In this document: piece by piece, positions 11,446 to 22,957 of the stretch
Position numbering within the stretch: the first letter of the stretch is position 1
How the letters are laid out: every line of letters starts with the position of its first letter
NCBI GenBank assembly: GCA_051530055.1
Contig: JBMGUZ010000025.1
Location: 1-35,043, forward strand
Source of the DNA: Neoechinorhynchus agilis
Lineage: Eukaryota > Animalia > Acanthocephala
Reading direction: 5' to 3'
DNA: 35,043 nucleotides
Made by a program: the position numbers and the translations under genes
The notes under the pieces: model-generated
What the model was told of the DNA's origin: nothing
The model's database searches: none
What the model saw: the letters and a program-made list of their open reading frames with translations, nothing else

Positions 11446-12428
11446 CCAGAGCGATTGTGTGAATGATTTGATGTCTCAAAAAAATGAGTATGTTTAACAA
11501 AATGTTATCGATACAGAAATCGCTTCTCAATTAACAATTAAATGTTGTCTATGGACTAATTTTAAGATTTTTTCGCTAAGCAAAAAAGGATAAAAATGTC
11601 AAAAAATCAGCATTAATACAAAGTAGCCTTTATCCTGCGAATCAGAAATGCTTTAATGATTTCAATGTAAGTTTTCATTCTTTTACTATTGAGAGACATC
11701 TTCACCAAACTCAGCCATCTTTATTTTCACGATCTCAACATTTCCTCTTACTGATTCGAATCTTCAAATCCAAGTATTTAAGCACAATGGAAAACGTACC
11801 GCCATAATCGTTCAATGGTCAAATGAACCACAATCCTGAAGTGGACTCGTACTCATCGATTCGATGAAAAGCCACGTTCAATACAACGTTCAATCATTTC
11901 ATCTTCAACCGAATCAGCAGTCATTTCTTTTACTCGAGAACAGAATCAAGCAATGAACCTTGCAAAACCACGAGAAAAACATTCGGACTACGCATGATCA
12001 GCACCAAGCAATACAACATACAGTGAAGTCGCCGATGAACTTGTTGGAATCTACTTCGATCATGAAAATCAGGGGATTTTCCATGGTGTGGTTTTGAGAA
12101 TAGCTTAAAAGGTGGCAGATTATAAGAATATAAGAAGATACGTCTATGATGCCATAAATGTTTAAATGGCACTCAATGTAATCACAAAACAGCGAAGGGA
12201 AATTCATTCGTTAGATTTATATCAAATGCCGGAACATAAATGTCCTTTACTAATGGAGGATTTGAGTTGTATAAGAACGAGAATTGAGGCAAAAAGTAAA
12301 AGAATTGAAGAAAATGATCACAAGGCTTTGAATGATAGAGATTTAAAAAATAAAATATTGAAAGCTTTAACGTTACTATTTTCAAAAATATAAGTAGAAT
12401 AGAAATTTTTAAATTAATTTGATGGCCG

Positions 12429-13153
12429 ATGAGCGACGCGATTTCAATTAATGCAGATGGGAAGTTTGAGAATTATTATTCACTGTCAAATAAAACAATT
12501 CCCTGTCCTAACGGCTACATCCACCCGCTTACCGACGACAGATCGCTGGTATTCACTTTTGATCTATATTGCGATCGGAAATTCTTAAAGGATATTCCAC
12601 AGCCAGCCTTTTTCATAGGATCAGTAATTGGGGCAGCCGTTTTGTCAATGTTTGGCGACAACTTTGGTAAGAATCCAATTGCTCTTCTCGGGACTTGGAT
12701 CAATATCATATTCGGAATCGGCTGTGCACTTTCAAACACCATCTAAATCGGATGCACCCGTTCAGTTAAAATCATTATATCTTGTTTATTGATCGGAATC
12801 ATCTTGATATTTTTTATAGTATTCCGTTTTTTTATTTGGAATTTGCTGGCAGATTGGTGAACTTTCTTGTTACATTCTCAGGATTGAAGTTTTTGCGGCA
12901 GAATACCGAGGCACCCGTGTATAATGGCTAATTTCATTTGGGGTATAGGAATGTTGATGTTGGATTTAGTCGCTTATTTTGTTAGAGGATGGCGGAATCT
13001 TTATTTGGCAGTTTATGTTCCAGTCGCAATCACTGTACTCTATTATTGGATTATGAGAGAAAGTTTATTTTGGCTTGCAGTTCATTAACGACAAGCTGAT
13101 GTAAATAAAATATAAACCGAAGCATACAAAATGAATTCAACCAAACAACAAGA
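12429..13153 (+). pseudogene. SLC22/organic cation transporter-like MFS pseudogene, copy 1
   Basis: FDLYCDR..PQPAFFIGSVIGA..SMFGDNFGK, then after a probable 60-nt intron (GT 12760-AG 12819) LFRFF/IG..GELSCYILRIEVFAAEYRG..AYFVRGWRNL..RESLFWL..AYKMN. In-frame TAA stops are shared by all three copies. Confidence 0.8.
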
Positions 13154-13470
13154 GTGCCATTCGCCGTGCTCGTTTGGCCCAGGAACGATGGGTACAAGGT
13201 CGAGTACTTCAAACCGATTTTTTGCTTAGAGGATGAATTCGGCAGATAATACCAGTTCGAAATTTGATTAAGTCGAAGGATATCAATAAGAAACCAACAG
13301 ACTTTACAAAGGATTGTTAAAGCTACGATTTTATATCATTGAAGTTAGGGTTGTAAGCCAAAGACAAAGAACGACTATTAGCGATGTTGAAGAAACCGCT
13401 AGGAACTCACGACCTCGACAGGCGGCGAGCTGGGATGTTGAGCTTTGCAATAAAAAACTTGATGAAGTCA

Positions 13471-13725
13471 GAAAATCCCGCACGTATTCGGTACAAGAAT
13501 CGCGCAAGAGACTGTTAGGAAATAGAGAAATATCAGAAGATTTGGTTCGATGGCGCTATTGTTCCATAGCAATCAAGTGAGCAGGAATCAAGAAAAAGCC
13601 AACTAGTGAATTGAAATCTAAAGTAAATTCCATTGAGTTGGAAAATCCAAAACGTATTCGGTACAGGAATCACGCAAGAGACTGTTAGGAAATAGAGAAA
13701 TATCAGAAGATTTGGTTCGATGGCG
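13471..13725 (+). repeat. 170-bp tandem repeat, 1.5 units
   Basis: acgtattcggtac at 13482 and 13652. The same unit is present as 2.5 copies in B'. Confidence 0.9.
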
Positions 13726-13752
13726 TTAAAAAACTAACAATTTCAACTTATA

Positions 13753-13983
13753 ATGGAGAGTCCTGAAGCCTTTATTGATGCCTTTATTGACAAATTGGTG
13801 GAAACAAGGCAAACTGAAATTAGTGTCGCGAATCTCACTCCTTCGGACGTTGATCCTTCAACAATGCTCCTCGATATGTACAAACTCAGTTTAACTCACC
13901 GATTTCTAAGTTTATTGTCGGACGAAAACAACACAAAATTCATTCTGGCTTTGAATAAAAAAATCATGAGATGTAGGTTTTAA
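13753..13983 (+). CDS. Hypothetical 76-aa ORF (inverted copy 17591-17821)
   Basis: ATG ORF with protein-like composition, open in both arms. No family recognised; probably a gene fragment. Confidence 0.25.
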   Translation: MESPEAFIDAFIDKLVETRQTEISVANLTPSDVDPSTMLLDMYKLSLTHRFLSLLSDENNTKFILALNKKIMRCRF

Positions 13984-14683
13984 CCATCACGCAATGAGGA
14001 TTGCAAATATATTCATGGATGTAAATACTTTTTAACAACTCTCAAAGGAAGCTCTACAAAAGGCCGAAAATGTGCATTTGACCACGATCTCAAGTCGGAA
14101 CACAATCTCCAGGCAGCAAAGTTCCATGGTGCCGATAAAGTAAAAATCCGAACCCTCAAAAAGATCTTATTTATAACGGATTTCGAGACTGGTCGTATGC
14201 TTAGATTGTGTGACGGTTTTGTGATGGATAAAGAGTGCCAGAAGGTTCATGCTTGTTTTTATTTTGTGGCAAGCAATAGTTGCCGATTCGGCCCGAACTG
14301 CCATAGTCGCGGTCGTCCACCCGAACAGCGGCCTATATTCGGCGAGGCCCTTCTACAAAATGCGTCCTTTTTAAGACAAAAAGAGAAGATGGAACTGGTC
14401 AGGAGGTGACAACGACAATGCATGTAGATGAGAAACAAAACGAATAATATAATTATGTGATATAAATTAACTGCCTCTACGATCGCTAAAAATATGGTCA
14501 TGTTCACGACGAAATTGCTCAAATGAATTTCAGCTGGTGCAGTACAACGATTCAATGCTGCCAGCGTGATGGCGACGGTCGAGGAAGGACAAAAGCTGGA
14601 ATTTGGTGGGAGGTGGTGAATGTAAAGAAAAGTAATTTCGAGAATAGTTTTGTTTACTCAAAAAAAAATATGCGTTTAAAAAA

Positions 14684-16826
14684 AAATTGCGACTATGCTT
14701 TATTTTAGAAAAAATTATGAAACTATCACGCCTATCGATTACTGTATTACGTTCAATTTCCACTCTCGGTCGACCGTCCTTGTCTATTGCGTCTTCTACT
14801 GTGGTGCTTTTTTCGTCTTGGTTGCTCGTCATTAATTTCATTGAAGCGATTTGCGCTCCGATCGCAGTAGTCATTAATGTATTTTGTAATAATATCGGCA
14901 TTTTTATTGCCTTCCGCCGTACCGAGTATTCGAGAATTGTGAGCAACTTCAAGGAGATAATGCATGCAAAGTTCCTCCTTTTTCAAAAGATCGACGAATA
15001 CACCCTTATAAAACTGCAAACAAAGTCCAATGAGACTGGAATTCACGAACCCATTGAAGACTCTTGGCTCAAAATTGTTTTGTTGATTCGCTTGGATTTT
15101 GTAATTAAATTGTGGCATCGCTTGAAATGAATATTGTTGATCACAAGGATGGAAGTATGATCTCGGATGAGTAAGGACCTCCAGCATCGTAACGTTTGTC
15201 ATTGAAGGCGGATATAGCACCAAATAAGGATCACAAAAATGCATCGGCGAGAGATTGTGAGTCTAAGAACCCATCAATCGGGAAAATTGGCGGAACATAA
15301 ACAAATAATTAGAGCGTAACATTGAAATGTTTTGTAAACAACTCGATTTGCTTTCCGGCAAATCACGGTATTTATCAGCAAACGTCCGTATTCGAGTGAA
15401 CCCAAAGAATTAGTTGGCCTTTCTAAAGCGCTGTTTTAATTAAAAAAGCAAAAGATATGTGCAGGGGATTGGCTTCAGTATTTTTCACGAGAAATAAAGT
15501 TAATTCCAAATCCCAGTAGTCTACGAGATTTCTAACTAGCAAATTCTATAACCGATTTAAATCGGATTTTATCAAAACTTAAACTTTGGTCACTACGTTG
15601 CGTCCTAACGAATTGGATTTTAGACGTCTAACGTTGCTAATAAAATTTATAATTGCAATAGCTTGAATACTTAGTTACGAAAATTGACATTGAACTGAAT
15701 CCTGCGAGATCACTCTACGCCTGTTACATCTTCTAGGAAGCTCTATTTTTGACTCAAATGTGGAAAAAGAGATTGCCAATCTTCAACTGCAAGTTTCGGT
15801 GCTGTGTGAACGAATTGATGAATTATCCTAACACGAGGCTCAAGATTTATTCGAAGGAAGACATTGGATGATTAACCGACATAATTTATGTGTAGGAATA
15901 ATTATAATTCGATAGTAATAAAGTTATATCATCGCTGTCCATTTAAGCGCTTGTTTCCAGGAGTAAGGGAGTTTGCCCAGAGCCTCTAGGAAAGTGATAA
16001 TGTACTTTAATCATTATTCGGGGGTATTCCTCTAGAGTAAAAAACTAGGCCCGAGATTGCTCAAGAGTTCCAAATGCTTCTGGTATCATGAGAGCAGAGT
16101 CCAAGTTTAAAAGATCTTCTGCATTTAAGCTTAGCGACACTTAAGTTTTTTGAATTTGCGGAGGTCGTAGGGTGTTTCCCAAGATTGTGATCTTATTAGA
16201 AACTGACGACGAGGTCAGATTAAAAAATTGTTTATAAAATTCGCGAACACGTTGTTTATCAAAAACCGACTAAGATTTTAAAATAAATTTCGTCTTTAAA
16301 GGGTCTGAAGGAGAATAGAATTAAGACATGACAGTAAATCTGAGAGTTTCCTTACAGCGGCTAGGTAGTTCGCTTCCTTGATCACCGCATTGAAATCGTC
16401 TGCATATAGGGTTAATTCATTGCAGACTCGGCAGTTCTTAAGCAGAAATTGGGAAGCAAATTAGAAGAGGATGAGTGAGAGAGGGGACCCTTGCGGAACT
16501 CCTTTAGTTTGATGATAAATCTTGAGAGATGTGTCATCTTGATAAAAAAATTGCTTAGACTGAAAATAACAAAGGATCTTTATTATAAAAGCGATATCAA
16601 TGCTATCAAAAGCCTTAGAGATATCGAAGGAAATTAAAATGTTCATTGACTCCTGATTCGAATTAAAATTGGTGATAATTTCAGACAAAGCCGTCTGAAC
16701 GGATTTATGGGGTAAAAAACCGTGGCATCCGTGGTCGATGCAATTAGTGCCCGTTCGTAGATTGAAACCAGTGAGTTCTGAATGGATATTGGACGAACAT
16801 CTCCACCGGCTACGCATTTTGTAGAA
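14684..16826 (-). repeat. Inverted duplication A' lying in the spacer between B and B'
   Basis: Reverse complement of 2378-4544. Includes the 163-aa copy of the orphan ORF (14753-15244) and RT fragment 2. Confidence 0.95.
14753..15244 (-). CDS. Hypothetical 163-aa protein, copy of 3960-4475
   Basis: Identical translation except for the 8-aa GRSTESGK duplication. Confidence 0.35.
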   Translation of the reverse strand: MHFCDPYLVLYPPSMTNVTMLEVLTHPRSYFHPCDQQYSFQAMPQFNYKIQANQQNNFEPRVFNGFVNSSLIGLCLQFYKGVFVDLLKKEELCMHYLLEVAHNSRILGTAEGNKNADIITKYINDYCDRSANRFNEINDEQPRRKKHHSRRRNRQGRSTESGN

Positions 16827-17121
16827 AATGACAACGATTTCAAATTGTTTTCTAGGCTAAAGTCCTTAGAACAGTTCAAATGATCCGAGTGAGCACAATC
16901 TCGTGTTTTTTTGTTAAATTCTCTGACGCATCGGAGACTCCGAGAAGGTCACAGCGACCAGTTCATCATAACCTTAATGCACCACGTTACATATGCGATC
17001 TTTGAGGAAATTTTCTCATGCGATTAAGAAAAGGAAGGCAACAGAGAATAAAAATGTTTCACCTTTCACTAAAACAAATTGGTTTTTTACTTCTAATTGT
17101 TCATGCCGGTTATGCTCCAAA

Positions 17122-17277
17122 AAAGAAGAAGTTTACAAACCGTCTGGACTTGAATTGGTGAATTTAGCGGTTCGGGTGGACGACCGCGACTATGCCAGTA
17201 AAGAAGAAGTTTACAAACCTTCTGGACTTGAATTGGTGAATTTAGCTGTTCGGGTGGACGACCGCGACTATGGCAGT
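17122..17277 (+). repeat. 78-bp tandem duplication (2 units) straddling the inner end of arm B'
   Basis: aaagaagaagtttacaaacc at 17122 and 17200. Encodes KEEVYKPSGLELVNLAVRVDDRDY(A/G)S twice. Confidence 0.9.
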
Positions 17278-17849
17278 TCGGGCCGAATCGGCAACTATTG
17301 CTTGCCACAAAATAAAAGCAAGTATGAACCTTCTGGCACTCTTTATCCATCACAAAACCGTCACACAATCTAAGCATACGACCAGTCTCGAAATCCGTTA
17401 TAAATAAGATCTTTTTGAGGGTTCGGATTTTTACTTTATCGGCACCATGGAACTTTGCTGCCTGGAGATTGTGTTCCGACTTGAGATCGTGGTCAAATGC
17501 ACATTTTCGGCCTTTTGTAGAGCTTCCTTTGAGAGTTGTTAAAAAGTATTTACATCCATGAATATATTTGCAATCCTCATTGCGTGATGGTTAAAACCTA
17601 CATCTCATGATTTTTGTATTCAAAGCCAGAATGAATTTTGTGTTGTTTTCGTCCGACAATAAACTTAGAAATCGGTGAGTTAAACTGAGTTTGTACATAT
17701 CGAGGAGCATTGTTGAAGGATCAACGTCCGTAGGAGTGAGATTCGCGACACTAATTTTAGTTTGCTTTGTTTCCACCAATTTGTCAATAAAGGCATCATT
17801 AAAGGCTTCAGGACTCTCCATTATAAGTTGAAATTGTTAGTTTTTTCAA

Positions 17850-18274
17850 CGCCATCGAACCAAATCTTCTGATATTTCTCTATTTCCTAACAGTCTCTTG
17901 CGTGATTCCTGTACCGAATACGTTTTGGATTTTCCAACTCAATGGAATTTACTTTAGATTTCAATTCACTAGTTGGCTTTTTCTTGATTCCTGCTCACTT
18001 GATTGCTATGGAACAATAGCGCCATCGAACCAAATCTTCTGATATTTCTCTATTTCCTAACAGTCTCTTGCGTGATTCCTGTACCGAATACGTTTTGGAT
18101 TTTCCAACTCAATGGAATTTACTTTAGATTTCAATTCACTAGTTGGCTTTTTCTTGATTCCTGCTCACTTGATTGCTATGGAACAATAGCGCCATCGAAC
18201 CAAATCTTCTGATATTTCTCTATTTCCTAACAGTCTCTTGCGCGATTCTTGTACCGAATACGTGCGGGATTTTC
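17850..18274 (-). repeat. 170-bp tandem repeat, 2.5 units
   Basis: gccatcgaaccaaatc at 17851, 18021 and 18191. Confidence 0.9.
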
Positions 18275-18591
18275 TGACTTCATCAAGTTTTTTATTGCAA
18301 AGCTCAACATCCCAGCTCGCCGCCGGTGGAGGTCGTGAGTTCCTAGCGGTTTCTTCAACATCGCTAATAGTCGTTCTTTGTCTTTGGCTTACAACCCTAA
18401 CTTCAATGATATAAAATCGTAGCTTTAACAATCCTTTGTAAAGTCTGTTGGTTTCTTATTGATATCCTTCGACTTAATCAAATTTCGAACTGGTATTATC
18501 TGCCGAATTCATCCTCTAAGCAAAAAATCGGTTTGAAGTACTCGACCTTGTACCCATCGTTCCTGGGCCAAACGAGCACGGCGAATGGCAC

Positions 18592-19437
18592 TCTTGTTGT
18601 TTGGTTGAATTCATTTTGTATGCTTCGGTTAATATTTTATTTACATCAGCTTGTCGTTAATGAACTGCAAGCCAAAATAAACTTTCTCTCATAATCCAAT
18701 AATAGAGTACAGTGATTGCGACTGGAAGATAAACTGCCAAATAAAGATTCCGCCATCCTCTAACAAAATAAGCGACTAAATCCAACATCAACATTCCTAC
18801 ACCCCAAATGAAATTAGCCATTATACACGGGTGCCTCGGTATTCTGCCGCAAAAACTTCAATCCTGAGAATGTAACAAGAAAGTTGACCAATCTGCCAGC
18901 AAATTCCAAATAAAAAAACGGAATACTATAAAAAATATCAAGATGATTCCGATCAATAAACAAGATATAATGATTTTAACTGAACGGATGCATCCGATTT
19001 AGATGGTGTTTGAAAGTGCACAGCCGATTCCGAATATGATATTGATCCAAGTCCCGAGAAGAGCAATTGGATTCTTACCAAAGTTGTCGCCAAACATTGA
19101 CAAAACGGCTGCCCCAATTACTGATCCTATGAAAAAGGCTGGCTGTGGAATATCCTTTAAGAATTTCCGATCGCAATATAGATCAAAAGTGAATACCAGC
19201 GATCTGTCGTCGGGAAGCGGGTGGATGTAGCCGTTAGGACAGGGAATTGTTTTATTTGACAGTGAATAATAATTCTCAAACTTTCCATCTGCATTAATTG
19301 AAATCGCGTCGCTCATCGGCCATCAAATTAATTTAAAAATTTCTATTCTACTTATATTTTTGAAAATAGTAACGTTAAAGCTTTCAATATTTTATTTTTT
19401 GAAGCTCTATCATTCAAAGCCTTGTGATCATTTTCTT
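18592..19437 (-). repeat. ~845-bp direct repeat left of the insert (partner 24307-25149); contains SLC22 pseudogene copy 2 (18592-19316)
   Basis: Begins tcttgttgtttggttgaattc and ends gtgatcattttctt in both copies; ~98-99% identical by eye. Confidence 0.95.
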
Positions 19438-19470
19438 TTCTTGATTCCTGCTCACTTGATTGCTATGGAA
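19436..19470 (+). repeat. 35-nt templated insertion copied from the 170-bp repeat (17979-18013 or 18149-18183)
   Basis: Exact match ttttcttgattcctgctcacttgattgctatggaa, with a 2-nt overlap with the end of the direct repeat. Confidence 0.9.
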
Positions 19471-22400
19471 AACTTGCTACGTTAGCCAAAGAGAATCGAA
19501 GGCGGATATGAGCGTTTATCTTCACTTGGATTGCAAAGAGAGGTCCTATCGTGATGACATCATACTGGCCCCTACAGCTTCTAGGATGAAAAGCTCCTCG
19601 AAAAGTGACATCTGATCGGACCCCGTCGACGAACCCTTTCAACGTGACGAGAGGCATAAGCTCCGGAGTGCATGGCTCATTAAGTCCTACCATAAAGGGT
19701 TCGAGATTATCCGTTTGGACGATAGACCAAACTGAATTATTCAGGAAAAACTTAGAAGTAAGTTCATCTTCCGTGGTATGGGAGGAGAGCCACCAGGACA
19801 CTCCGAGCGAAGTCCTGCCATTGTTCTCAGAATATGTTGTAGGCCCCGTGCCAATAGAAACCCCAAGTAATTTGGAAACCATAACCCAATGAAGAATAGT
19901 CCTTTCATATACGACGGTGACATTTGGGTCTTGAGCCCATGCAGCAAAGGCTCTGGCTAGAGGGACGCCCATATAAGCGTTTATAATACCTAGAATAGTC
20001 CTGTCGCTTTTTGGAAGTAGATCGGAAGGCGAGCCTAGGGTCCAAGAGGATTCGGGTACTATAGTCTTGACTGAAACCTGCATCGTATCAAGACGCATGC
20101 TTAATTTGTGGATGGCAAGTCTGAGACGAGGCAAAATGTTCGGCGCTGAGTAATACTTCAATTCATTTTCCGGGATAGTTCTTGTTCGAGTAGCCGGTAA
20201 ATCAGACACCCTCAGAAGACCGAGTTGGACCAAGGGGTAGAAGTAGAAACCGGGATCGTAGTCCCAAGCTATTCTGATACCCGAAGTATAGGGGACTTCT
20301 AATCTACCCATAAACTGGAAGTTAAGAGTATTGTTCGATAGCGCCAAATAAGACAGGAGTTCCTCCTGACAAGGGATCTCGTCAAGAGGTTCGTTTGGGA
20401 AAGAACCGTTCAGAATAGACAAACCGAGACTATCATATGGGAAGGGGCCAAGCCCGTTGGAGCGGGGATAGTAAAACCTTTGAACCCGAGTCTCCATCTC
20501 CTCCAAAGTGACAGTCACTACAATAAAGATTTTACCGGGTTGTTTAGCGAAGGCATCCATCAAGGCGAAGAAATGTTCTTCTGTTCCGGAGACATTCATA
20601 TAAATCTCATCAGTAAGAACCGGGTTCCAGACGGTAGCAACTAATCGAAAGAGTTGTTCCGCCGGAGCCGGAAAGTACTGTTCCATAAGAGCGAGGGTCC
20701 GGCCATCAAACGCTGAACTGTGGACGTCAGGTCCTTCATTCCATAAGAGATTGTTAACCGCCACACTCTTAAAAAACTCAACTACGGACACACGTAACCA
20801 CACTACCTCGAATGGTTGGCACACCCACATACGAGTGATGGTGCCGTCTAAACGAGTATTTCCATTAGGTGGTGGGGCGGTCACTTCCGGATAATTGTCT
20901 GTGGATAAGATAGCTCGCATCCGAGCAAATGTCGCAGGAGATCCATCGCGGTAATGATCGAGAGCCGACGATCCATACAATGTCAGGTAGGCCATCTTCT
21001 CGTTCCGACGACGGAGCAAGGGCGCTACGTGGCTAACGGTGTTTAGAAGACGGGTGAAGTCCATCCGTGCTGATGTGTCCAAATCGTCGGACAAGATTAA
21101 ACTGAATATTCTGTCATGACACGGACCGCTTGAGACTGTAGCCGGAGGATTCATAGGTTGCGGTGATAGAGTGTAGAGCACGTTAGCGTCGCAGTTGGTA
21201 CCAGCTCTTAGAACGGTTTCTTGTTCACGCCACAGCTCATTGTGTTCAGCACCAATCACACCAGAAGTAGAGTAGGAAAGCCCCAAGGAGAAGCAAAGAG
21301 GCCCGTAGCATTCAGCCAGGTGGGGCAAAACTCCGAGATAGTAGTCTAGGGTTTGCCTCTCTTCCTGATCTTTATCCTTATAAAAGGAAATATTGTTCTC
21401 TGCTATCTTCTTGGCAGTATCACTAAGAAAGGCGTCATCATCCATACAGGTAAGACCTATCGTATGAAGGAATCTGGGTTCTTGAGCAGCAATGATACCC
21501 AATTTGGTGGTAGGTAAAGTGCGAAAGAGGGAATAGTTCCCGGCCAATGCAGTGGTGACTTTGAAGACATGGCTAGACGATTGCACAGATTCGACAGTCA
21601 TCCGATATCCAATTGGGACATAGGGCCCGGAAACAGGATTGCCGTTGATAGCGTGCATAAGGCGGTTCCACTCGTCAGCAAGCCTCTTAGCGTAGCCATC
21701 ACCACCAGCCAGAACGGAGGAGATGTAAGAACTAGTAAAAGTGCTCACACCGTTTCCAGCTCTATGGATGATATCATCCGACGAAAGCCAACCTGACGTG
21801 TAGAATTGCCTGAAATGTCCATTTCTAAGCGACGAAAGTAGAGCAATGCGCCTAGAGGCGCGCCATTCTAGATTTTCAATCAATTCGCTCTGGCCGTTCA
21901 GGGTATCTAACTCTTTGCAGAATGCAGCACACAAGCGTTGATTACGAGAGTTGAGTCCGTGCGCTAGAGCACGCAACATAGGCTGGTTATTTCTGTGGGC
22001 GAAGCAAAGACCCATAAGACGCTTCTTCGAGGTGCCAATCTTGTTGAGAAGGAAGTGGGCACGAACTCGAACGTCATTACGGATTTTGTGATCAATTCCC
22101 TCAGATTTTTCGGTTATGGTCGTAGCCCCAACGAACGCACTTTCATGCTTAAAGTTTCGTATGGCGGCCTCCATATCCCGAGTAAAGGATCCATTCTTAT
22201 CAGTGGGGACGAAAGTGTTGAACTTCTTATAGCCATCGCGTTTCTCTCTTTTGTCCACTCGGACGTATTCCATCTGACCTAGAGTAGCCCTGCTTATGTA
22301 AGCTAGAAAAGCAGTTCCTAAGTCGACAGGACTACTAGGCAAAGAATCCAGATCCAGGTCGTCACAGTATGTAGTCATGATTGGGAGATCATCTAGATAT

Positions 22401-22957
22401 GCCAAAGCCTGAATTTCCTCCACAACCTTTTCTATCAATGTAAGGCTCGAATCAATCTTAAGTTGTGCTTCCCTCAAATCATCTAGAATCTTCAGAAGGA
22501 CGGGATCACGTGGACGTTTGACTAGAGCCTCTCGTGTTGACTCCACTTGTTTCTTATTTTGTGACAGAAGCTCTTTGAAATCGATCCTCTTCTTAGCCAA
22601 GACTTTCTCGATGGTTGCTCGAAGTTTAGCCCGTGTTTTCGTAGGATTAGCACTGTGTAGCAGATCAGCTGGGGAAGCTTCGAGAATCCGAGCGATAGCG
22701 GAGAGCTCACCCTGCGGCACTAAAGTTTCTTCGGGCTGAGCAGAACGGCTAAAACTAATGTCTTCTGAAGGCCTAACCAGAACGGTGTCAACTTGTTTCT
22801 TTTGGTCCATAAGAGGAGTCGAGAGCTGCGGCCCAATGGCTGACTGGACACAGCCCGGGAAGGCGGAAGCTAGAGCTGCTCTACTTCTAGTGAGCAAAGT
22901 TCTTGTCATCATCTCGACACGAGCGTGTGTAGTTGGTAGGGCATCGAAGGTGGGCAT
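19463..22957 (-). CDS. 1164-aa uninterrupted ORF of unknown, probably viral, origin (N-terminal coiled-coil; possible capping/methyltransferase-type or structural protein)
   Basis: A 3.5-kb open frame cannot arise by chance. Heptad-like region at aa ~105-185. Motifs LYGSSALDH (G662), NPVLTDEIY (E784), VSIGTGP (G1036), GFVDGVRSD (G1108). The last two codons and the stop come from host sequence. Confidence 0.8.
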   Translation of the reverse strand: MPTFDALPTTHARVEMMTRTLLTRSRAALASAFPGCVQSAIGPQLSTPLMDQKKQVDTVLVRPSEDISFSRSAQPEETLVPQGELSAIARILEASPADLLHSANPTKTRAKLRATIEKVLAKKRIDFKELLSQNKKQVESTREALVKRPRDPVLLKILDDLREAQLKIDSSLTLIEKVVEEIQALAYLDDLPIMTTYCDDLDLDSLPSSPVDLGTAFLAYISRATLGQMEYVRVDKREKRDGYKKFNTFVPTDKNGSFTRDMEAAIRNFKHESAFVGATTITEKSEGIDHKIRNDVRVRAHFLLNKIGTSKKRLMGLCFAHRNNQPMLRALAHGLNSRNQRLCAAFCKELDTLNGQSELIENLEWRASRRIALLSSLRNGHFRQFYTSGWLSSDDIIHRAGNGVSTFTSSYISSVLAGGDGYAKRLADEWNRLMHAINGNPVSGPYVPIGYRMTVESVQSSSHVFKVTTALAGNYSLFRTLPTTKLGIIAAQEPRFLHTIGLTCMDDDAFLSDTAKKIAENNISFYKDKDQEERQTLDYYLGVLPHLAECYGPLCFSLGLSYSTSGVIGAEHNELWREQETVLRAGTNCDANVLYTLSPQPMNPPATVSSGPCHDRIFSLILSDDLDTSARMDFTRLLNTVSHVAPLLRRRNEKMAYLTLYGSSALDHYRDGSPATFARMRAILSTDNYPEVTAPPPNGNTRLDGTITRMWVCQPFEVVWLRVSVVEFFKSVAVNNLLWNEGPDVHSSAFDGRTLALMEQYFPAPAEQLFRLVATVWNPVLTDEIYMNVSGTEEHFFALMDAFAKQPGKIFIVVTVTLEEMETRVQRFYYPRSNGLGPFPYDSLGLSILNGSFPNEPLDEIPCQEELLSYLALSNNTLNFQFMGRLEVPYTSGIRIAWDYDPGFYFYPLVQLGLLRVSDLPATRTRTIPENELKYYSAPNILPRLRLAIHKLSMRLDTMQVSVKTIVPESSWTLGSPSDLLPKSDRTILGIINAYMGVPLARAFAAWAQDPNVTVVYERTILHWVMVSKLLGVSIGTGPTTYSENNGRTSLGVSWWLSSHTTEDELTSKFFLNNSVWSIVQTDNLEPFMVGLNEPCTPELMPLVTLKGFVDGVRSDVTFRGAFHPRSCRGQYDVITIGPLFAIQVKINAHIRLRFSLANVASFP

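Larger units (their letters stand above)
8116..14329 (+). repeat. Left arm B of a long inverted duplication (right arm B' 17245-29311, interrupted)
   Basis: Reverse-complement match traced along its length: 14329<->17245, 13153<->18592, 12308<->19437/25149, 8116<->29311. Very high identity with scattered SNPs and indels. A more diverged match continues at ~7945-8112 <-> ~29507-29675. Confidence 0.95.

Noticed and set aside
11700-12100. Cys-containing CIERGF/CFSRGF peptides reminiscent of a WSC domain
   Set aside because: Similarity is too weak and the frames are broken; cannot be supported.
12429-13153. Stop-codon reassignment as an explanation for the in-frame TAA codons
   Set aside because: The TAA positions align to different residues (W/Y, G/K, L) and frameshifts coexist, which indicates decay. 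Intact ORFs also use TAA/TAG/TGA as terminators.
13471-18274. 170-bp and 78-bp repeats as a CRISPR array
   Set aside because: No repeat-spacer alternation, units are too long, eukaryotic context, and no cas genes.
21070-21800. SSDD / LSDD tetrapeptides in the 1164-aa ORF as an RdRp motif C
   Set aside because: No properly spaced motif A (D..KW / DxxxxD) or motif B around either site.
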